A stretch of 64,000 nucleotides of DNA from Candidatus Micrarchaeota archaeon (lineage in GTDB: Archaea; Micrarchaeota; Micrarchaeia; Anstonellales; Bilamarchaeaceae), in assembly GCA_038046765.1 (NCBI GenBank), contig JBBSVN010000003.1:89222-153221 (forward strand), in the 5' to 3' direction. A program made the translations under genes and the position numbers. The notes under the pieces were generated by a model. The model was not told where the DNA came from, made no database searches, and worked only from the letters and a program-made list of their open reading frames with translations. Positions 18,967 to 27,276 of the stretch are shown here, piece by piece (the stretch's first letter is position 1; every line of letters begins with the position of its first letter).

Positions 18967-19233
18967 TTAATCACGTTTACCATATAACACATTATCAATA
19001 TTCTTGCTTAGGTTAGGATCATTAGATTTGAATGCGATTTTATTATACACAGTAAAAATACTTTTCTTACGCTTTTTAAGACCATGTTTTTGTTGTTCTC
19101 TAATGTGAACTTTTACTAAAAAAACAATGTCGGTAAGTGCTTCTCCAATGCTTTTACTATTTTCATGAGCATAATCATAAATAAATTGTTTAGTTCTTTC
19201 ATCAACATTTCTTACAGCAAATATATCAGACAT
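18967..19233 (-). CDS. Putative RHH/FitA-like antitoxin
   Basis: AVRNVDE...A....S; C-terminal S.NIDNVLYG typical of archaeal VapB partners; directly upstream of vapC. Confidence 0.75.
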   Translation of the reverse strand: MSDIFAVRNVDERTKQFIYDYAHENSKSIGEALTDIVFLVKVHIREQQKHGLKKRKKSIFTVYNKIAFKSNDPNLSKNIDNVLYGKRD

Positions 19234-19242
19234 ATTAACACC

Positions 19243-19295
19243 TGTTTAACATGTGTAACAAACAGTTTATAAAGCTTGTTAAACTTGTTTAACAA
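19243..19295. promoter_or_regulatory. Autoregulatory operator repeats for the antitoxin-vapC operon
   Basis: TGTTTAACA, TGTGTAACA and perfect inverted repeat TTGTTAAAC-TT-GTTTAACAA (19276-19295) flanking TTTATAAA. Confidence 0.65.
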
Positions 19296-19320
19296 ATTCT
19301 TTTAATTTTCTCAAATTATT

Positions 19321-19347
19321 TTAGTATTTATAAGTATTATCTAGATT
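19321..19347 (+). repeat. 27-bp direct repeat, copy 2
   Basis: TTAGTATTTATAAGTATTATCTAGATT. Confidence 0.65.
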
Positions 19348-19359
19348 TATTCTAACGAT

Positions 19360-19533
19360 TCATTTTATGTATTCGAAGTACAAATCCATTGCTTCTTTGA
19401 TATTTTCAATTACTTCGTTTATCGTATCTCCTTCAGTATGGCAACCAGGTAATTCTGGGACATATGCAACATAAACTTTGTTCTCGTCCTGTTCGATTAC
19501 AATTTCGTATTCTTTTATTCTTGATTTTTGCAT
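19360..19533 (-). pseudogene. hicB: C-terminally truncated duplicate of hicB (no hicA partner)
   Basis: Near-identical peptide and upstream GGTGTCAAAT to 17836..18078; stops after LYFEYIK. Confidence 0.75.
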
Positions 19534-19661
19534 ATTTGACACCGTATTAATTTCAAATATTCCCTCCAAACATCGTCTTTTTTTTTGTTACTCCAAATAT
19601 CTAAGTTAGCATATACACTAAGTTTTCTAATATCTACTTCCTCTTTATCGATAGATTGCAT
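19515..19661 (-). CDS. Small 48-aa antitoxin-like ORF
   Basis: Manual translation MQSIDKEEVDIRKLSVYANLDIWSNKKKDDVWREYLK...; W.....DD.W..YL resembles C-termini of MazF/PemK-associated antitoxins; GGTG SD. Confidence 0.5.
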   Translation of the reverse strand: MQSIDKEEVDIRKLSVYANLDIWSNKKKDDVWREYLKLIRCQICKNQE

Positions 19662-19703
19662 TTTTTCTACACCAAGTATCATTCATAAATCTCACGTCTG
19701 TTT

Positions 19704-20291
19704 TTATATACTTATATTTGAACTTTTCTTTTTTTTAAGCCATGTCGTTAGATTTCCCCAACTTATTTTCTTGTCTTTTACAAGTTCTAGGATCAACTTA
19801 GTCTTAGTCAATTTCTTTATTTTGGCTTTGTACCTAATGCCTTTCTTATCAGTAATTCTAAACTTTGGATTTTCCTTAAGATCGACAAAAACAGTTGATC
19901 TAGTTTTCTTTCGAGTAGCAAACCATTTCTTCAATTGTTCTGCACTTTTCTCCCTTTCTAGTTGAAGTTCTTTGTATTTTTTAGGTCCAAGTCGGCGCTT
20001 TTCTTCTAATTCTCTTTCTTGTTCGATAATTTCTTCCTTAACGGGTTTTCCTACTCCAATAAATCTGCAGTTCTTTATCTTTACGTCGCAATAAAATCTC
20101 TTTGTAGTAATAGTACAAGAATCATAAATAGCATTTTTCATGCGTCCATTCTCAATTGGACAATAAATTAAGCGATCTCCGACTTTGTATGTGTTCAGTG
20201 TACAATCAAACGATTTGCTTTGAAATTCCGACAATTCTTCTTTACAGTAAGGACACTTGACTTTAACTATGAACGTATCAAAAAGACCCAT
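19704..20291 (-). CDS. Hypothetical CxxC basic protein, paralog of 12888..13433
   Basis: MGLFDT...CPYCK...QSKSF...YKVGD...PIEN...IYDSC...FYCD.K...GKPVK...KAKIKK.TK.K.I.E. Confidence 0.75.
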   Translation of the reverse strand: MGLFDTFIVKVKCPYCKEELSEFQSKSFDCTLNTYKVGDRLIYCPIENGRMKNAIYDSCTITTKRFYCDVKIKNCRFIGVGKPVKEEIIEQERELEEKRRLGPKKYKELQLEREKSAEQLKKWFATRKKTRSTVFVDLKENPKFRITDKKGIRYKAKIKKLTKTKLILELVKDKKISWGNLTTWLKKKKSSNISI

Positions 20292-20358
20292 GCTTTAATC
20301 TAGAGCTAGAAGAATTATATTTGTATGTAAAGTAGAATTTTTATTTAATTTTCTTCTT

Positions 20359-20496
20359 TTACTTTAGCTTAATCTTAACATCTCCAAGAATACTTGCCTG
20401 ACAAAGTAAACGTTCATTTGAATGATTAGAATTATTAGTTACATGTTGACCAAAATAACGCATTTCGTTTGGTGTTTTTCTAGTTAAATTTTCCAT
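20359..20496 (-). pseudogene. C-terminal fragment of a 2Fe-2S ferredoxin-like domain
   Basis: MENLTRKTPNEM...ERLLCQASILGDVKI matches the RLxCQ end of plant/adrenodoxin-type ferredoxins; the CxxxxCxxC part is absent. Confidence 0.55.
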
Positions 20497-20625
20497 CTTT
20501 ATTTTGTTGTACCATGATAGCCGTATTTAAGTTGCATAAATCCACAGAAATAATTATGTAAAATGTAAATTATAAACAAATGTCACTTAATGGCAGTTTA
20601 TTAAATAAATGTGAGATATATTTTC

Positions 20626-21516
20626 ATGCAAGAAAAAGAATTCTTCGACTGGCTATCAACTTACACCGATGCAGAAAAATGCCTAAGCAGCTTTTATAAT
20701 CAAAAGCAGTTCTTTAGGGTAAATACAATTAAAATGAGCACTGAAAAATTTCAGGAAACTACTAACTTAAAATGTGAAAAAACAAAATATTACGAAGCCG
20801 CATTCGAACTAAAAGAAGAAGCGAGCTACCAACTTGGCAAAACTTGGGAATATTTTCTAGGATATATTTATCCTCAAAGCATGCCATCCATATTGGATTC
20901 GTTAGCTCTAAATCCTAAACCAGAAGATATTGTACTAGATGTTTGTGCATCGCCCGGTTCTAAATTCTCGCATATGGCAATGTTAATGGAAAATAAAGGT
21001 GTTTTAGTTGGAAACGAACTTAAAAAAGAAAAGATCTCAACTTTATATTCAACTATAAATCGTTTAAACATCTTAAATTGCATTACAACTATAAGAGATG
21101 GTACAAACTTGAACTGGAGGGAAAGATTTACTAAAGTGCTTTTAGATGCTCCTTGTACTGCATTAGGCAGTGGAGACGGTGCATCAAAACGCTGGGAGAT
21201 AGAAAACTCACAAAGAATATCTGTTTTACAGAAAAAAATGATTTTTAGTGCTTATGATTCATTAAAAGCAGGTGGAGAATTAGTTTATTCAACTTGTACT
21301 TATGCAAAAGAAGAGAACGAAGAGGTTGTAAAAAACTTATTAGAAAATGTAACAAATGCTAAACTTGAAACCATTAAATTTGACGATGACGCGAATATTC
21401 CTCATGAAAATGGATTAAGCGAGTATGGAGATGAATTTAAAAAATGCATTCGGATTTATCCGCAACATTTAGAAAGCGAGGGATTTTTCATTGCTAAGAT
21501 AAAGAAAGGGGAGTAG
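20626..21516 (+). CDS. RsmB/NOP2-family RNA m5C methyltransferase
   Basis: VLDVCASPGSK, LLDAPCT, LVYSTCT..KEENE, EGFFIA. Confidence 0.95.
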   Translation: MQEKEFFDWLSTYTDAEKCLSSFYNQKQFFRVNTIKMSTEKFQETTNLKCEKTKYYEAAFELKEEASYQLGKTWEYFLGYIYPQSMPSILDSLALNPKPEDIVLDVCASPGSKFSHMAMLMENKGVLVGNELKKEKISTLYSTINRLNILNCITTIRDGTNLNWRERFTKVLLDAPCTALGSGDGASKRWEIENSQRISVLQKKMIFSAYDSLKAGGELVYSTCTYAKEENEEVVKNLLENVTNAKLETIKFDDDANIPHENGLSEYGDEFKKCIRIYPQHLESEGFFIAKIKKGE

Positions 21517-21572
21517 AATAATTTGAAATTGCACGTTTATATGGGTGAAGAGTAAATTGTTGGTTGATATTT

Positions 21573-22007
21573 ATGGGAATTGGATACAAAGAAAAAAACT
21601 TTAAAAGATATTTGGAAAATCATTTCGAAATATTCTTACCTCCTGGCGTGCAGATATTTTATACGCGAGGAGTAAGGGTAGGCAATAAAGATATAGATAA
21701 AAGTAAAATCGATGGAGAACTAGGATACGCTGCTTGTGATTTTGGATTTAACCCAACAAATGCAATAGTTCAGAACTTTGGATACATTGCAAAGAAAAAT
21801 GTAAAAGAACTTGATGAAAAACAAGCTAAGGAATTTGCTTCTGGAAAATCAATACCGTGCAATCTAGGAAAAAGTAAGAGTAAACAATTAATAATGAAGT
21901 ATAAAACACATATAATTGGTTTAGGATTTTATGATAAGGATAAGAAGAGAATAGTTAATAAAATCCCTGAAAAAAGAAGAAGGGAAATTATTAACCAAAT
22001 TAATTAA
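21573..22007 (+). CDS. NIP7/RsmF C-terminal PUA-like protein
   Basis: Follows the NOP2-type methylase; PT.A.VQ.FG.IA.KN..EL....A..F..G; N.IP..RR. Confidence 0.6.
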   Translation: MGIGYKEKNFKRYLENHFEIFLPPGVQIFYTRGVRVGNKDIDKSKIDGELGYAACDFGFNPTNAIVQNFGYIAKKNVKELDEKQAKEFASGKSIPCNLGKSKSKQLIMKYKTHIIGLGFYDKDKKRIVNKIPEKRRREIINQIN

Positions 22008-22014
22008 TGACGAT

Positions 22015-22089
22015 TTATTTTTTAGATTTTTTCTTTGATGCTGGCTTTGCTTTTGATTTTACTTTTGCTTTAACTTTTTTCATTGCCAT
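22015..22089 (-). CDS. 24-aa Lys/Ala-rich (histone H1-like) peptide
   Basis: MAMKKVKAKVKSKAKPASKKKSKK; GGTGA SD at 22097-22101; TTTATAAA around 22136-22143. Confidence 0.55.
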   Translation of the reverse strand: MAMKKVKAKVKSKAKPASKKKSKK

Positions 22090-22247
22090 GTGTTTTTCAC
22101 CATTTGTTATTGTTATCTTTACCAAACGGCGATAATTTATAAATGTATGTGTAAAAATCGAGGAAAGATTCTATAATCCGCGTATTTTGTAAATAATTCA
22201 TAAAAAAATAAATAAAAAATAAAAAATATTTTTTTGACAATATAAAA

Positions 22248-22610
22248 CTAGAACTTAAAAATAAATTTTAAAATAAAAAAGAGGATAAGAATTGCAAATA
22301 TAAAAATTACACCTTCCTTGAACCAGCTATTGATGCTAGTTTTAGTTACGGTCTTTACAAAATCCACGACCTTTTCCTCACCGATTTTTTGTTTTAGGAT
22401 TTTTATAAGTTCATCTCCTTCTTTTAAACTTAATCTAATATACCTTGTTTTGGAATCAAAATGAACATAAAAATCATAGACGAGTGTCCCTAACCGCGTA
22501 CTAGCACGATAAAGCTCCACGCTAGTTATTTTTTTATAAGGAACTTCAGTTCGATTTAATCCTAAAATATCTGAAACAAAAACTGATTTTTCATTAAAGT
22601 CTTTTGCCAT
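22248..22610 (-). CDS. Hypothetical protein with C-terminal TM (PH-like beta region)
   Basis: ORF; EVPYKKITSVEL beta pattern; hydrophobic C-terminus. Confidence 0.6.
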   Translation of the reverse strand: MAKDFNEKSVFVSDILGLNRTEVPYKKITSVELYRASTRLGTLVYDFYVHFDSKTRYIRLSLKEGDELIKILKQKIGEEKVVDFVKTVTKTSINSWFKEGVIFIFAILILFFILKFIFKF

Positions 22611-22613
22611 ATT

Positions 22614-23117
22614 CTAAACCTTCAAATAAGCTTTATTAATAACAACCGCTTCGACAGGCCAGTCATCGTGCATTCCATTTCTTTTTGTTTTAACTTTTTT
22701 TATTTCATCTACTACTTCCTTGCCAGAAACTACTTCGCCAAATGCGGCATAGCCTGGATTGCTTGGGCTGTAATTTAAAGATGAGTTACTAGTTACATTA
22801 ATAAAAAACTGAGCCGTTGCACTATTTGGCTGGTCTGTTCGTGCCATTGCAATAGTATATTTATCATTTTTAACTCCGTTTTTTGATTCAAGCATAATTG
22901 GTTTTCTTGAAACTTTTTTTTCTTTTCCATCAAAAGTATAACCACCACCTTGGATCATAAAGTTAGAGATTACACGGTGAAAAATCGTTCCATTGAAGTG
23001 CCCTTCTTTTACATAAGCTAAAAAATTTTGAACAGTAATCGGAGATCTACCTTCAAATAGTTCAATTTCAATATTTCCTTTAGTTGTTTCTAAAACTACA
23101 TTAACCAAAATAATCAC
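22614..23117 (-). CDS. ppiA: Cyclophilin-type peptidyl-prolyl isomerase
   Basis: FHRVISNFMIQGGG, IAMART..PNSATAQFFIN, YAAFGEV. Confidence 0.96.
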   Translation of the reverse strand: MIILVNVVLETTKGNIEIELFEGRSPITVQNFLAYVKEGHFNGTIFHRVISNFMIQGGGYTFDGKEKKVSRKPIMLESKNGVKNDKYTIAMARTDQPNSATAQFFINVTSNSSLNYSPSNPGYAAFGEVVSGKEVVDEIKKVKTKRNGMHDDWPVEAVVINKAYLKV

Positions 23118-23159
23118 CTAAATCAAGAGTTATTTACTAAATTAATTTATATAAAGGAT

Positions 23160-23822
23160 TTATAATGAATATACTCTACTCGCATCATGTTCAACTGGAT
23201 TAAGATGAAAGACATTTGACAAAGTAAGATGATCAGACACTAAATCCAAAATACGTACAACATACGGTAAACTAGTTGTGGAAGGTTTTGCCAGATCAAC
23301 TAAATATAACTGTTCACTCAGTTCAACTACATTAAACGCGTATGATAGATCTTCAAATTGACTTTGATTTGATTTACCTAAGATAAGGTAACTATGAATT
23401 CCTTGTATTTGAAGCGCAAGTTGGAATATTAATGATTTTTCTAAATCTTTACCTTGAGGAACTTCCATATTTTGACCTAGAAAAATCCTCCATAATGGAA
23501 GAACACAAATATTTTGTTCGTTATTGACTCCGTGTTTGACAAAAAGATAATTTAATGTATGGTCTAAAACAGGTTCTTTTACTGTTCGATTAATCATAAA
23601 ATAAATAAAAAGAATCTGATCTCTTAAGGAAAGTATAGATTTAATTCTTGGACAAAAGGATTTTATCAATGGTTCAGATATGGCATCGTAAGAATAAGCT
23701 GCGTAATCGCTCTTTGGTATAAGGTCACCAATTTTTATTTGAGAGAATACTGCTTTTGGACTTCGATAATCAGCAACTGCCCTACTTGAAAGAATATTTC
23801 TGATATGGGCGATTTTTTCCAT
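23160..23822 (-). CDS. Hypothetical protein, degenerate transglutaminase-like fold
   Basis: QGKDLEKSL..QLALQ..GI.S....G...SYAFNVV....YLVD follows the transglutaminase core layout without Cys/His. Confidence 0.45.
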   Translation of the reverse strand: MEKIAHIRNILSSRAVADYRSPKAVFSQIKIGDLIPKSDYAAYSYDAISEPLIKSFCPRIKSILSLRDQILFIYFMINRTVKEPVLDHTLNYLFVKHGVNNEQNICVLPLWRIFLGQNMEVPQGKDLEKSLIFQLALQIQGIHSYLILGKSNQSQFEDLSYAFNVVELSEQLYLVDLAKPSTTSLPYVVRILDLVSDHLTLSNVFHLNPVEHDASRVYSL

Positions 23823-24096
23823 AGATTAATAGTATTAACAACGTTTTTTAAACAATATAGATACAATTTTTAACACACTATTTTTTCTTATTTTTAGAAT
23901 TTAAATTTTGAGTATTATCTAAATGGTCCTTTTTGAGTATAAAGTTTTGATTTACCCTAGTCTTTACTAAATAGTTTTGTTACGATTTTAACCCCAGATG
24001 GACCGATACTAGAACTTATATTCGTTTTACTTAGATTAATGCTAAGTCCTGGAAAAGTAGACTGTTTCTTCAAAAATGAGAACTCCATAAGAAATA

Positions 24097-24900
24097 TCAT
24101 CGTCTTTTGGATTTTTTAATCTTTGATTTTTGTCTTGGCTTATATAATGTTTTGATAACTGTTTCTGTTTGGGGAGCAGAAGTATTAAGTTCATCAATTT
24201 TCTTATGAATTTCTGTTAAAAGTTCTGAAACATTCTCTTTTGGTTTTTCATCGATCGTAGTTTGTTTTGTTTTTATATCATCTAATGCTTGTGTGTGCTG
24301 AGTAATGATTTCAGCATTTTTATGAAGCCGATCTGCGATAGCTCCTAGTTTTTCGTTTAGTCCCTTTAATTCTTCTATCATTATTTCATGAGAGTCCGCA
24401 TGTTTTGTTTCAATATCTCTTGCTTTTTTACTCATAAATACTAGGGAATTTGTGAGTTCATGATAATTGCTTACACCTGGAATAGTTATGTCTTTTTCAA
24501 CAACAAAATGCGCAGCAGTCTCAATATGCAGTGTAGCCAGACCAAACAAAACCTCATAAGTATTTCTTGAAATAGTAACGTTCTGAATTTTATCATATGG
24601 AACAATATAATCAAGCCTTTCAATTATACCTTTACGAATGATAAGATCCTTTTCCCTTAACGCATAGCTAAAACGAGCGTACTTGAAATGAACGTAAAGA
24701 TATGGGATAATCAGTGCAGCTATTGCAACAAGAAATAATTCAATACTATTTTGAGGAAGTAAAAGAGATGCGATAAAAAGTCCAATAATAATTGGTACAA
24801 ACAAAGCGATTTTTTCTAAATACCAAACGATCTTTATTTTTGGACTTAATAAGTTAGAAGTAACCTGAGCATCTAAAGGAGAATTAACACCATTTGCCAT
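24097..24900 (-). CDS. Membrane protein with bacterial PH (YdbS/YdbT-like) domain
   Basis: 2 TM, then Y.L....L.IRKGI......VPYDKIQNV.I.......FGLATL.IETA. Confidence 0.8.
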   Translation of the reverse strand: MANGVNSPLDAQVTSNLLSPKIKIVWYLEKIALFVPIIIGLFIASLLLPQNSIELFLVAIAALIIPYLYVHFKYARFSYALREKDLIIRKGIIERLDYIVPYDKIQNVTISRNTYEVLFGLATLHIETAAHFVVEKDITIPGVSNYHELTNSLVFMSKKARDIETKHADSHEIMIEELKGLNEKLGAIADRLHKNAEIITQHTQALDDIKTKQTTIDEKPKENVSELLTEIHKKIDELNTSAPQTETVIKTLYKPRQKSKIKKSKRR

Positions 24901-24961
24901 ACTAATCTTTTGTTAATAAGTGTTTAAATAATATAACTAAGATTTATGTTTGGTGATAATA

Positions 24962-25129
24962 ATGGCAGTTTTAGAATGTTCAAATAATTGTGGCTCGAAA
25001 GTAGAATCAAATCGATGCTGTGGAGAACCGATGAACTTAGTTGATGAAAATCTTAAATGTAATGATTGCGGTAAGCACGTTAGTGCAAATCGTTGCTGCG
25101 GAAAAACGATGAACGAAAAGAAACAATAA
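24962..25129 (+). CDS. 55-aa protein with two desulforedoxin-like Cys..Cys...CCGxxM units
   Basis: Manual translation MAVLECSNNCGSKVESNRCCGEPMNLVDENLKCNDCGKHVSANRCCGKTMNEKKQ; GGTGA SD. Confidence 0.75.
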   Translation: MAVLECSNNCGSKVESNRCCGEPMNLVDENLKCNDCGKHVSANRCCGKTMNEKKQ

Positions 25130-25166
25130 ACAAAAATATTTCTTTTAATTTTTGAACTATCTTTTT

Positions 25167-25616
25167 CTATCTTTTTAATTCCCGTATTTTTTTTGCAAAG
25201 TCAGTTACATCTTCAAACTCATGGTAAACGCTTGCAAAACGAACATATGCAACTTTATCAAGACGTTTTAGTCTCTTCATAACCATTTCTCCTATTTCTC
25301 TGCTCTGTATTTCTGTTTTTTCCATTTTTCTTAGTTCTCTTTCGATATCATCGACAAGAGATTCCATTTGTTCCGTAGTTACCGATCGTTTTTCGCAGGA
25401 TGCCATAATCCCCTTAAAGATTTTTTCATAGGAAAAAGGTTGCTTCTCACCATTCTTCTTAATTACAAATAAGTCAAGCATTTCAATTCGCTCATAAGTA
25501 GTAAAACGTTTTTTACACTTTATACATTCTCTTCTTCTTCTTATTGAATCCTTAGAAGTTGTTTCTCTGGAATCTAATACCTCAGTTTTAGAATTGGAAC
25601 AATAAGGACAATGCAT
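25167..25616 (-). CDS. nrdR: Transcriptional repressor NrdR
   Basis: MHCPYC...VLDSR...IRRRREC..C.KRFTTYE, ATP cone, VAYVRFASVY. Confidence 0.96.
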   Translation of the reverse strand: MHCPYCSNSKTEVLDSRETTSKDSIRRRRECIKCKKRFTTYERIEMLDLFVIKKNGEKQPFSYEKIFKGIMASCEKRSVTTEQMESLVDDIERELRKMEKTEIQSREIGEMVMKRLKRLDKVAYVRFASVYHEFEDVTDFAKKIRELKR

Positions 25617-25681
25617 ATTATAGACTCTTATTAAATGAATAAAAAGGTTTGGCTAAGGAAGAAAAAATGAAAGAGAAGTGC

Positions 25682-25942
25682 TTAACGAGAAAATGAACAT
25701 GCTACCCGTCTTGTTCGAACTTTATCTAATCGCATAGGGCAAGTTTCTGCGAGCATCGCTGCATCACGCATAGTAAGTTTTGCACGAGATCGTAAATCCG
25801 TAATTGACATATTTTTTGGGTGTCTAGTTCTAGATTCAGAAGTACATTCTTCTGCTCTTTCTCTAAGCTTTCGCGCAAAGCCAGCCAGCTTCTCTCGAAC
25901 ATCAAAATAATAGGAATCGTTTATATTACACATATCAATCAC
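25682..25942 (-). CDS. Hypothetical protein
   Basis: ORF co-oriented with neighbours; no motif recognised. Confidence 0.45.
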   Translation of the reverse strand: MIDMCNINDSYYFDVREKLAGFARKLRERAEECTSESRTRHPKNMSITDLRSRAKLTMRDAAMLAETCPMRLDKVRTRRVACSFSR

Positions 25943-25978
25943 AGCATTTTATTAAAACAAACAAAATAAAAAGATAAG

Positions 25979-26803
25979 TTAAACCGTATTTTTAGGTTTA
26001 AAAGCACCTTGTAATTCATCAGGATTAAACAGAACAGCATTACCCGTGTTTACGTATTTGTAAAGTTCAACTACGAATATACTTTGTAATGTACTTTCAA
26101 CTAAGAATACTGCAACTAGGTAAACAATACCAATCACTAATACCGGCAAGAATAATATTCCAGTAAATGCGCTTAACATAATTGCACCAATTCCAATCAG
26201 GTAAAGTATAAAGAAAACAACTCCAATTCCAAAACCAGCAGTTACTGCTTGTCCCCAGCCTTTTTTGATTAGTTCAACGGATCTTTGTATTGCAGTTATT
26301 GGATTTACATTTTCAAATACGATTACTGGGATTACAAAGAATGTCGCTAGAGACCAAACCATTCCGATTGCATTTACTACTAAACTTGCAATAAGTCCGC
26401 CTATTCCCCTTTGCTTGTTTGCTTCTCCTCTTAAAAAACTTAGGATCATTCCTACGGTTGCTGCGATTGCGGCCCAGCCAATTATGTTTAAGATTCTTGT
26501 AAATGAAAACGAAATACTTTCCATTAGTGAAACTGGTTTTCCTTCGATTTTATTATTAACTGCATGAACTAAAGAAGTGTTAAAGAAGATAATTACAAAG
26601 TAGGATAGGAAATAGAATATTGCCGAAAATAGAATTAATGGTGCATCAGAATTGAAAACGAATATTGGTGCGATAAAAGACAGTAATAAAGCGATAAGAA
26701 ATATCCCGCTTATTAATGGAAAGAATAAGAGCTTCTTTTCGCTCATTAAAACATCAAAGCTTTTTTTAACAATTACGAATGATTTTGTAAAGTTTTCAAA
26801 CAT
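25979..26803 (-). CDS. Conserved multi-TM membrane protein (DUF6159-like)
   Basis: SF.VL...KKLL.FP..S, YFV.IFFN, W..I.ATVG, W..ATFFVIPV, KGWG. Confidence 0.75.
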   Translation of the reverse strand: MFENFTKSFVIVKKSFDVLMSEKKLLFFPLISGIFLIALLLSFIAPIFVFNSDAPLILFSAIFYFLSYFVIIFFNTSLVHAVNNKIEGKPVSLMESISFSFTRILNIIGWAAIAATVGMILSFLRGEANKQRGIGGLIASLVVNAIGMVWSLATFFVIPVIVFENVNPITAIQRSVELIKKGWGQAVTAGFGIGVVFFILYLIGIGAIMLSAFTGILFLPVLVIGIVYLVAVFLVESTLQSIFVVELYKYVNTGNAVLFNPDELQGAFKPKNTV

Positions 26804-26850
26804 AAATAATCGCCTCCTGATAGGATTATACTAGTAAGAAATTTAAAGGA

Positions 26851-27243
26851 TTACTTGATACACTCTCTAAGTTCTAAATAGATGTTTTGATCTCTTATTT
26901 CATTGACTTTTATTTGATAAGTATCTTGATCAGAACCTAATACATGAAAAGAAACACCAAGAACAGTAGAATTGTTCTTTACTGAATAAACTTTGTATGG
27001 TACTCCTATTTGGATTGCAGGATCAATGGGAGAAGTAGCGAGTTTTGTTAACGTTCTTTTTTCATCAACAATGTTTTTATCTATAGGAACTTCTTTTCTA
27101 GTTAAAAATTCGATAAAGTTCCCTTTAACGCAGTGTGCTTCACTATTAAATCTTCTTATATCTTCAGAAAAAGGTTTTTGACAGCAAAAGAATAAAGCGG
27201 CAGATAAAACCAAGGAAGATGGCTTTGTAGATTTAAATCGCAT
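26851..27243 (-). CDS. Hypothetical, possible lipoprotein-like N-terminus
   Basis: MRFKSTKPSSLVLSAALFFCCQK. Confidence 0.55.
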   Translation of the reverse strand: MRFKSTKPSSLVLSAALFFCCQKPFSEDIRRFNSEAHCVKGNFIEFLTRKEVPIDKNIVDEKRTLTKLATSPIDPAIQIGVPYKVYSVKNNSTVLGVSFHVLGSDQDTYQIKVNEIRDQNIYLELRECIK

Positions 27244-27276
27244 AAGTAATAAATAGAAATAAAAGATAATAAAAAA

